A DNA stretch of 64,000 nucleotides. Origin: an uncultured Clostridia bacterium. Lineage in GTDB: Bacteria > Bacillota > Clostridia > Christensenellales > DTU072. The stretch's first letter is position 1. Every line of letters begins with the position of its first letter. A model generated the notes under the pieces. The model saw nothing but the letters and a program-made list of their open reading frames with translations, searched no databases and had not been told where the DNA came from. Positions 12,578 to 20,900 of this stretch are shown piece by piece. The stretch covers positions 3,649 to 67,648 of the forward strand of contig CALVTP010000005.1 of assembly GCA_944362765.1 (NCBI GenBank), given 5' to 3'. Made by a program: the position numbers and the translations under genes.

Positions 12578-13917
12578 GCGGCTTCAACCAATTCAAAACG
12601 ACGATAACGGAGGACTCCGGGCGCTATTTCAGATATCCCGTGGACATTCCCCGGGACGCATACGAAGCGGAGTTCGAGTACTCCTTTTTCCCGAAGCGCG
12701 GAGAGAACGGAAAAAACGAAATCGACCTTATTCTGACCGGAAAACCGCTTGCGGAAGGTGAAGGGGAGCGCGACATCGGCACCCGCGGCTCGTCTGTCGG
12801 GAGAGTGGTGATTTCAAAAGCCTATTCCACGCCCGGTTACGAAAGAGTCAGCCCGTCCGAGATAGCCTCGGTAGTGATAGGGCGCGGAAGGCTCGGTTCA
12901 AAGGAGGTCGAAGTCGTCGTCAAATGGCGTTTTAAGCGCAAGGAACGCCGCTATTATGCGGGAGACATGCACACCCACTCCGTCAATTCCGACGGCAGAC
13001 TCACCTATGAAAAATTGCTGAAAAAAGGAAAGCGAAAGGGGCTTGACTTCCTGTTCGTCACCGACCACAACAGGACGGTAACAGGGGAGCTTCCCGCAGT
13101 TGCGGGGCTGACGGCGATAGAGGGAGTGGAGATCACTCTTTTCGACGGGCACGCCAACTTTTTGGGGGTGAGGCAACCTTATAGCGGAAGCTTTACCGTC
13201 GACAGTCTCGAAAAATGGCGGAAACTCAGGGACGAAGCGCGAAGCAACGGCGCATTTATCGTGGTAAACCATCCCTTCTGCAAACGCTGTCCCTGGCGAT
13301 GGGAGCTGAATGCGGAAGACTTCGACGCCGCGGAGGTGATTAACGGACCGCCGAGGGAGGACAACCGCACCGCCACGGAGTGGTGGAAAAAGCAACTCTC
13401 CGTCAAACGCCTTGTCCCGGTCGGAGGCTCCGACTACCACCGCGACTACTTTGTCGTTTCGACTTTGGGTATGCCTGTTACTTTCGTGCTGGCGGACTCC
13501 GCCGAAAAGCAGGACATCATGGAGGGGCTGAGAAGGGGGCATACGGCGGTGGCTTCTTCCTTAAAGCGCGGCGCGATAGAATTAAGAAGCGGAGAATACG
13601 TCGCGGGCGACGAGGCGCCTTTCACCGGGGACAACGTCGTCACGGTACGCGTGCCGTACATGAAGCGGGGCGAAAAACTGAGGATAACCGACGGCGAAGG
13701 GGTGCTGAAAGAGATGACTGCGAAAAAGTCGGGCGGGATTGCCGTGTCCGTTACGCCGCGGACGAAGGGAGCCTTCTTCGCGGAAGTCGTTTCGGGTTAT
13801 CGCGGCGTTAAAAGGCTTGCCTTCGATATTCTGCTTTCCTTCATGCTCCCGGAGGACGCCTTCAGACGCCACCCCGAATTCACCTTCGCCCTCTCCGCGC
13901 CGATATATTTCGTTTAG
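12574..13917 (+). CDS. PHP-domain (CehA/McbA-like) metallohydrolase
   Basis: GDMHTHSVNSDG, FVTDHN and GGSDYH metal-ligand pattern. ATGA start/stop overlap with the upstream U32 gene. Confidence 0.85.
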   Translation: MSGFNQFKTTITEDSGRYFRYPVDIPRDAYEAEFEYSFFPKRGENGKNEIDLILTGKPLAEGEGERDIGTRGSSVGRVVISKAYSTPGYERVSPSEIASVVIGRGRLGSKEVEVVVKWRFKRKERRYYAGDMHTHSVNSDGRLTYEKLLKKGKRKGLDFLFVTDHNRTVTGELPAVAGLTAIEGVEITLFDGHANFLGVRQPYSGSFTVDSLEKWRKLRDEARSNGAFIVVNHPFCKRCPWRWELNAEDFDAAEVINGPPREDNRTATEWWKKQLSVKRLVPVGGSDYHRDYFVVSTLGMPVTFVLADSAEKQDIMEGLRRGHTAVASSLKRGAIELRSGEYVAGDEAPFTGDNVVTVRVPYMKRGEKLRITDGEGVLKEMTAKKSGGIAVSVTPRTKGAFFAEVVSGYRGVKRLAFDILLSFMLPEDAFRRHPEFTFALSAPIYFV

Positions 13918-14027
13918 ACGGATATTGCCTCTTTGTATCCCGTGCGCGTAACCGCGTAACGGAGTATGTCGCATCCCCGAAAGGAGTGCGGGAAAGAGCT
14001 TCTCATTTCTTATATAAATATTTATTA

Positions 14028-14056
14028 TTGTAATTTAAATTTTGCTGTGATATAAT
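14028..14056 (+). promoter_or_regulatory. Sigma-A-type promoter placing the TSS on ATG 14063
   Basis: TTGTAA (14028-14033), 17-nt spacer, TGaTATAAT (hexamer 14051-14056), then cggact, then ATG. Confidence 0.65.
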
Positions 14057-14062
14057 CGGACT

Positions 14063-15589
14063 ATGAACAACCCCGCGCTGAAACAAAAACGAATGGTGAC
14101 GGGTTTCCAGAAGTTCTCGCTGGGTCTTGGGGATTTGGGATACTCGCTGGTGGTCAACACCTTTTCTTCGTACATACTCTTTTTCGGGGTCACCGTTATG
14201 GGCGTCAACCCTTCCGTAATGGGGGCGGTCATCGCGGTCGGTACCGTATGGGACGCCATTACCGACCCGATAATGGGGTATATTTCCGACAACACCCGCA
14301 GCCGCATTTTCGGAAGAAGACACCTCTACATCCTGATAGGAATGTTCGGAATGGTCATCTGCAACGTATTGTTGTGGTCTGTCCCGAGAGATTTTTCCTC
14401 TGCGGCGATGGCGGCGTGGTTTGCGATGTGCATAATCGGCATGCGCACCTTCACGACGATGGTTCAGACGCCGGTTTCGGCGCTCTCCCTCGACATGGCG
14501 GGGGATTATAACGAAAGAAGCACCATTCAGATTGTCAAGTCGGTGTTCATGATTCTGGGAATATTGCTGCCGACTGTTCTGATAGGCGTCTTCCAGACCG
14601 ATTTCGTGCGGGACGGCGTCACGGTGGACGGAAGATTCAACCCCGACGGCTACTTAAACTTCGGATATGTGACGAGTGCATGCTGTATAGTTTTCAACAT
14701 GGTGATGTATATCTCCACCTACTCGCACATTCCGCGCCTTAACGCCGTGGCGGCGAAGGATCCCGTAAGTCAGATGAACATAAAAGCCGCCAAGAAGATA
14801 TTCACCAATTTCTTCGGCGCGCTGAAAGATAAAAACTTCCGCGCAATAACGATAGGCTACATGGTGGCGATGATGGCGGCTTCGATATTGATAGCCGTCG
14901 GAATGAACGTCTTCACTTTCACCTTCGAAACGAGCAAGTTCGAAATGTATACCCTCATGGCGGGGCTCTTCCTGATGACGATAGTCGGACAGCCTCTGTG
15001 GATGTACATTTCCAAAAAGTTCGACAAGAAAAAGGCGCTTATAGTCGGCATGATAATAAGCTTTACCGGCTGTATAATGCTGCTTATCATGTTCCTTGCG
15101 CGGGATTTCTTCGTCGGGCTCCTGCACCAAAACCCGATAAACGTCATTTTCATGATGCCGCCGCTGATGGTCGCGGGGCTGGGAACGGGTGTTCTTTATT
15201 CCCTTCCCGTAGCTCTTATAGGCGACGTGGTCATCCTCGAAAAGGCGGCGACGGGAGAGGACAAGACGGCAACTTACACCGGCTTTCTGACCTTCGGCAA
15301 CAAGGTGGGACAGGCGTTGTCGTCGGCTGTGCTCGGCTTCATGCTGGACGCGATAGGATTCAAGGAGGGCTCCCCGACGCAGACCGCAGAGGTCTCGGCG
15401 GGCTTGGGGTGGATAATGTGTATCGGCGTCATCCTGGCAATCGGGATAGGGTTGTTTATCTTCACCCGCTGTAAAATGACAAGGGCGGACGTGCAGCGGG
15501 CGATGGACGGGCTCGAACGACAAGAAAACAAAAATACCGAAGTTTCGGCTACCGAAACAGAGGTTTTGGATATCGATACGGAGCAATAA
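14063..15589 (+). CDS. MFS transporter, glycoside-pentoside-hexuronide (GPH) cation symporter family
   Basis: Polytopic hydrophobic profile. GLGDLGYS and WDAITDPIMGYISD...GRR motif typical of MelB/YicJ-like carriers. In-frame ATG 14093 is an alternative start. Confidence 0.9.
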   Translation: MNNPALKQKRMVTGFQKFSLGLGDLGYSLVVNTFSSYILFFGVTVMGVNPSVMGAVIAVGTVWDAITDPIMGYISDNTRSRIFGRRHLYILIGMFGMVICNVLLWSVPRDFSSAAMAAWFAMCIIGMRTFTTMVQTPVSALSLDMAGDYNERSTIQIVKSVFMILGILLPTVLIGVFQTDFVRDGVTVDGRFNPDGYLNFGYVTSACCIVFNMVMYISTYSHIPRLNAVAAKDPVSQMNIKAAKKIFTNFFGALKDKNFRAITIGYMVAMMAASILIAVGMNVFTFTFETSKFEMYTLMAGLFLMTIVGQPLWMYISKKFDKKKALIVGMIISFTGCIMLLIMFLARDFFVGLLHQNPINVIFMMPPLMVAGLGTGVLYSLPVALIGDVVILEKAATGEDKTATYTGFLTFGNKVGQALSSAVLGFMLDAIGFKEGSPTQTAEVSAGLGWIMCIGVILAIGIGLFIFTRCKMTRADVQRAMDGLERQENKNTEVSATETEVLDIDTEQ

Positions 15590-15961
15590 ATGATATCATT
15601 CGGAGCAACTAACGACAAAGCTTCAAACGACAAACTGCACACGGCAATATTCGGTTATCCGTTGGACGCAGACGTAGGTTACGTATTGAACATCGACGGA
15701 ATTCCGGCGGGGATAGCCAGATTGAAAGTCACTCCGGAGGAATCGCACATCGTAAGAGTAGGGATACTTCCCGGGTTCAGAGGAAAGGGCTACGGCGACT
15801 TTTTCACGCGGTCGCTGATGAATGTGCTTATAGACGTCACCGACAGGATAGTCATAGATTACGTCAGCGACTACTATCTGCAGTTCGGTTTCATAAAGGA
15901 AGGGGAGAGAATGGCGATCGACCCCGAGAAGCTGGTTTTCCCGCATAAGTGCGGGCATTGA
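15590..15961 (+). CDS. Small GNAT-like acetyltransferase (123 aa)
   Basis: VGILPGFRGKGYGDFF matches the acetyl-CoA-binding R/Q-x-x-G-x-G/A motif. The ATG directly abuts the transporter TAA. Confidence 0.7.
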   Translation: MISFGATNDKASNDKLHTAIFGYPLDADVGYVLNIDGIPAGIARLKVTPEESHIVRVGILPGFRGKGYGDFFTRSLMNVLIDVTDRIVIDYVSDYYLQFGFIKEGERMAIDPEKLVFPHKCGH

Positions 15962-16127
15962 CCGAAGCTTTTTACAAAGCCCGGGGCGGCTCCGCCTTAA
16001 AATCCGGCGCCGAGGAAGACGCCGAGGCTTCGGGAGGAAGCGTACAGCCCGGAGTAAGCGCTTCCCCGGAACGCCCGAAAGACATTTAAAAACGGAAAAC
16101 ATATCGGATTACGGAGAAATACAGACT

Positions 16128-17762
16128 ATGGACATCGAAGTTACTCCTTCGAATTTTATCGAAGACATAATTGTTGAAGACCTGAAATCGGGGCGCTATC
16201 CCTACGTTTATACCCGCTTTCCGCCGGAGCCGAACGGCTATCTTCATGTCGGGCACAGCAAGTCGCTTTGCATAAATTTCGGCATAAAGGAAAAGTTCCG
16301 CGGGCGCTGCAATCTGCGCTTCGACGACACCAACCCCACGAAAGAGGACGTCGAATATGTCGAATCGATAAAAGAAGACATCCGTTGGCTGGGGTTCGAG
16401 TGGGACAAGGAGTTGTACGCATCGGACTACTTCGACCGGACATATGAACTTGCCGAAAAGCTGATCGAAAAAGGTGTGGCGTACGTGTGCGATCTTTCCG
16501 CCGAGGAAATACGTCTGACCCGCGGCACGCTGAACGAGCCCGGGAAGGAGAGCCCTTACCGCAACCGCTCCGTCGAGGAAAACCTGACTCTGTTCAGAGA
16601 GATGAAGGCGGGAAAGTATGCGGACGGCTCCAAGGTGCTGCGCGCAAAAATCGACATGGCTTCACCTAATATCAACATGCGCGACCCCGTGCTGTACAGG
16701 ATAGTCCGCGCCAGACATCACCGTACGGGCGACAAATGGTGTATCTATCCCATGTACGATTTCGCTCATCCGATAGGCGACGCCCTGGACGGGATCACGC
16801 ATTCGATATGCACTTTGGAATTCGAGGATCACCGCCCGTTGTACGACTGGGTGACGGAGCAATGCGGGTTCGTAATGCCGCCGAGACAGATAGAGTTTGC
16901 AAGACTGAATATCAAAAACACGATAATGTCGAAGCGCTACCTGAAAAAGCTTGTCGAAGACGGCACCGTGACGGGCTGGAACGACCCGAGAATGCCCACA
17001 ATCTCCGGTATGAGAGAAAGAGGCTATCCTCCGGCAGCGATAAAGGAATTCTGCGCGAGAGTGGGAGTGGCTAAAGCCAACTCCGAAGTAGACCCCTCTC
17101 TTATGGAGTTCTGCGTGAGGGAGGAGCTCAATCGGACCGCCGACAGAGCGATGGTGACGGAGCAACCGTTAAAGCTTGTCATCGACAACATGGCGGATGA
17201 CGAGGAGTGTGAGTTTTCGGTAGTTAATAATCCCAATTCCGAAACTTCGGGAACCCATACAGTCATTTTAAGAAAAGAGATCTACATCGACGCAAGCGAT
17301 TTCAGCCTCAATCCGCCCCCCAAATACAAGCGGCTTGTAGAGGGCGGTCTTATACGGTTGAAGGGGGCGTATATCCTCAGGCACACGGCGACGAAACTTA
17401 GGGAAGACGGCTCGGTGGAGGAAATACATTGCGAATATATCGAGCATTCCGAATCGGGCGGCATAAACGCCTCGATGAAGGTAAAGGGTACGGTGCAATG
17501 GGTGTCCGTCAAAGACGCCGTGGACGTCACGCTGAATAAGTACGAAAGCCTTCTTGTCGACGCAAAAGACGGCGTTACCGACTTCAACGAAAGGATAAAT
17601 CCCCACTCTCTCACCGTGGTGAGGGGGGCGAAAGCCGAACCTTTCGTTTTTGCCGCCGGAAAAGGCGCCACCTTCCAATTCATGCGTATGGCGTATTATA
17701 AATATGCGGGAGAGGGAGTTTTTTACAGAATCGTCGAACTGAAAGACTCTTTCAACAAATAA
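16128..17762 (+). CDS. glnS: Glutaminyl-tRNA synthetase
   Basis: FPPEPNGYLHVGHSK (HIGH), RFDDTNP, IMSKR (KMSKS-like). 544 aa. Confidence 0.95.
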   Translation: MDIEVTPSNFIEDIIVEDLKSGRYPYVYTRFPPEPNGYLHVGHSKSLCINFGIKEKFRGRCNLRFDDTNPTKEDVEYVESIKEDIRWLGFEWDKELYASDYFDRTYELAEKLIEKGVAYVCDLSAEEIRLTRGTLNEPGKESPYRNRSVEENLTLFREMKAGKYADGSKVLRAKIDMASPNINMRDPVLYRIVRARHHRTGDKWCIYPMYDFAHPIGDALDGITHSICTLEFEDHRPLYDWVTEQCGFVMPPRQIEFARLNIKNTIMSKRYLKKLVEDGTVTGWNDPRMPTISGMRERGYPPAAIKEFCARVGVAKANSEVDPSLMEFCVREELNRTADRAMVTEQPLKLVIDNMADDEECEFSVVNNPNSETSGTHTVILRKEIYIDASDFSLNPPPKYKRLVEGGLIRLKGAYILRHTATKLREDGSVEEIHCEYIEHSESGGINASMKVKGTVQWVSVKDAVDVTLNKYESLLVDAKDGVTDFNERINPHSLTVVRGAKAEPFVFAAGKGATFQFMRMAYYKYAGEGVFYRIVELKDSFNK

Positions 17763-17826
17763 TTTGTTTAAAACCCGCGGGGCGCAGTCGCCTTACGGAT
17801 TTTTCCTTCGGTTTTATGTTCGGACA

Positions 17827-17853
17827 GCCCGCTTACCCGGCGGGCGCCTTTTT
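17827..17853 (+). terminator. Candidate terminator after glnS
   Basis: GCCCGC-ttacccg-GCGGGC, then gcc, then TTTTT. Confidence 0.55.
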
Positions 17854-17971
17854 ATATTATTAATAGTAAAGTAATAGTAAAAAGCATTTTTGACGCCGGT
17901 GATTTGTGGTAGAGTAGAATCAGCATAATATAATCGGGCGAGTGTACTCCCCGAAAACGAAGAGGTATGCG

Positions 17972-20900
17972 ATGAAAGCTGTTTTAGCGAAGAGAACGTT
18001 GAATACGAGGCGCCTTTCGGGCGCCAAAGCGCTTTTATTTTTATGCGCGCTCGCGCTCGCGTCTGCGCTTATAATATGCGCTTCGGCAGCAGGCGCCCGG
18101 GCAGCCGGAACTTTCTCCGGCGTCGGCGCCGACGCGGCAGCCGACGATTTCGAATTCGGCGTCTTCACATCCGAGGGGTTTCGTTTCGGCACGGCTTACG
18201 ATGTCTCGAGCGGCTATCCGTCCGTAACGCTTCAATTCACAAAAACGGTTGACACGGGGGCGAAGTTTTGGTACTACCTTTCAGAGGACGATACGCGTCC
18301 CGAAAACGTGACATGGTCGGAGTTCGGTGACGCCGCCACCGACGGATCGATGACGGCTTCTTTGTCGGATGTAATTGCCGATAGGAGCGATTACTACGAA
18401 ACCTACATATTCTTCTCGGGCGGGTTAGGCGACGACAGATATGTCGACGCTACTCCCCGCAAAATAATTTTCGTCGATTCCCGTGCGATGACAAATATGC
18501 AAGTGACAAGCCTCTCGGCAACGGTGGACGGGCGTCCGTACGATCTCAGCGAGAACGCGTCATGGACAAACAAGGCGGTGACGCTGACGGCGGTTACCAA
18601 CTTTACGGGCGATCCCCGCGCCGTCAGGTTTTGGTACATATTGCCGGACGAAACGGAAGAACGCCCGTTCACGAATATTTTCTCCTCCGGTACGGACGAA
18701 GACGAATATGTTACCGGAACGGTGACGATAGGAGGCACGGCGGAGGACGCGATAAAGACGGTAAACGGCGAGCTGACAATCATAGCCGAACCTCTTGCGG
18801 GAGGAAGTGAGACGACATTCGAACGCGATTCCACCGTCAGGCTCGACATGGTGTCACCCGAGTTCACCGTTACCGCCACGGTGCAGACAGACGAGGGCAC
18901 AACCGAGGAAATTTCCTCCAGTGAATGGACGCCGCATAACGTCACGCTGAGCGTCAATTTCGGTGATGCGGGAGAGCCGTTCAGCGGTATTAACGAAGTC
19001 ACTTACGAAAAGATTAATCCGACCGGCGAGAGCGGTGAACCGGAACAGATTGAGCCGGTCGGCGGTAAGTATTCCTATACATGGAGCGAGAACGGCAGCT
19101 ATAAGGTGGAGTTCACCGTCCGGAGCGCGTCCGGAAATTACTCCACAAAACGCTTCGAGATCAGGAAAGACGACATACAGCCTGAAATTTTGCTGTCGGC
19201 AAGTGACGGAAACGGGGCACGGATAGTGTCCGCCGGCACGCAGCCTCCGACCGGAGGCAGAGCGAAGTTCGCAGCCGAATCGATCACTTTCTCCCTTGCT
19301 CTCGACAACACGTTGCAGCAGGGCAATACGCTTACATACAGCTATTCCCTGGACGGCGGCGAGTGGAAGACGCTGACAGGCACGGATAACGTCAGAGCGC
19401 TTACGCTGACCAACGACGCTTCGTTAAAGTATCCCGGCAACGAAATAAAATTCAGGATAGAGGCGGCGACGGGGCTGTATGCCGAAGAGAGCTTCGAATT
19501 TGCCGTGCTAAGCCCCAATTTTTATAACGATATGGCGCTGATTATCCCGGAAGCGGGAGAATCGGGTTGGATAAACGAGCCCGTTAAGGCGTCCTTCGTG
19601 CTGCGGGAGTTTCTTTCGGGAGATATTCCGGACGGCGGAGAATACCTGATTTACGGCTTCTATACCGAGGCGGGGTATTCCGACGAAGCCGTCTATATGG
19701 AGCCGGTCATCGAGGCGGTAGCCGAGCGGCCCGGTTACGTCCGTTATACCGTGACGATAGAGCAGAGTCTGAACGAAGCAAGCTATTCTTTCAGAATCTA
19801 CGACAGGGCGGACAATTATGTCGAATTAGAGTATGACGAAAACGGCAATCCCGTCGTCGACGAGGAGGACGAAACGGTGACTTTCCCGCTCGTGACCGGG
19901 ATATTGAAGGTGGATACCGAAATTCCGGAGGCGGACATCTCCCTTTCGCTCGGAGACGTCGCTTTGAATGAAGGCGACTGGGCGGCAGGACCCGTGACGA
20001 TAACGATAACGCCCGAAAACGTTCCAGTTTCGGGGCTTTCGTGCTACCCGATATTCGGCGAAGGGCATACTTCGGAAGAGCCGGTGAACGCCGCCGACGG
20101 CAAGTATTCCGTTGTCGTAAGAGTGACGGGCGAATACAGATACCGCCTTATCTCGGGAGCGGGGAATTATAAAGACTTCACGGTAACCGTCAATATCGAC
20201 TCTTCCGATATAGAATTTTCCGATATCGACGATGCCGGACATCCGATAAAAGCAAGTATAGTCGCCGATTCCGGGGACGAGATAGCGCAGTCCCTCTACT
20301 ATGACGAGCAGCAGTCCGCCTACATTCTGAACGGCGTTTACAGCGACGTAAAAGTGTATTTAGGCAGCAATCATGAGGGGCATTTCACCGTCATGTACAT
20401 GACGGACGCCATGACGGACTATGCCGTGAATCCCGATAGCGACAACCCCGAAAACTTCCTCATAGCGCTTCCCGAAGATATTTCCCTGTCTCACGGAACG
20501 CTGACATATACTTTCAGGCTGCGTTCGAACGCCGTCAGCAGCGACGGGACATATTCCCTGACGAGCACTTCGGTAAAGCTTATCGTCAATTACGACAAGA
20601 CCAATTTCGGTATTACGATAGATGGCTACGGAGACGCGGGCTGGCACTATGGGGAAATAGAATTCGAATTCAACCCGGCTGCTTCCGGTATAACGGTCAA
20701 AGGCTATCAATACAGCCTTAACGGCACCACCTGGAAGAATATCGAATTCGGAACCGCAATCGGCGAAGACGGGCATGCCGTGTGGTCTTACGGCGGGGAG
20801 CCCGTAGAAATCGAAGGCTTCCCCGAAATCACAGGCGGAGCCTATTCGGGCACAATGTACTTCCGCGCGGTTGCCGAGACCGGAAAGACAAGCAACATAG

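Noticed and set aside
15962-16127. T-box leader upstream of glnS
   Set aside because: The gap is about 166 nt, and I found no T-box sequence or terminator/antiterminator pair by eye. This was not tested with a covariance model.
17890-17934. Promoter for the giant surface protein gene (TTGACG at 17890 with TAGAAT, or TATAAT at 17929)
   Set aside because: TTGACG pairs with TAGAAT only at a 19-nt spacer. TATAAT 17929 has no acceptable -35. This is too ambiguous to report as a feature.
17942-17971. ORF-track start of the giant protein at 17942 (non-ATG)
   Set aside because: ATG 17972 is preceded by an AAGAGG SD and opens directly onto a basic n-region plus hydrophobic signal peptide.
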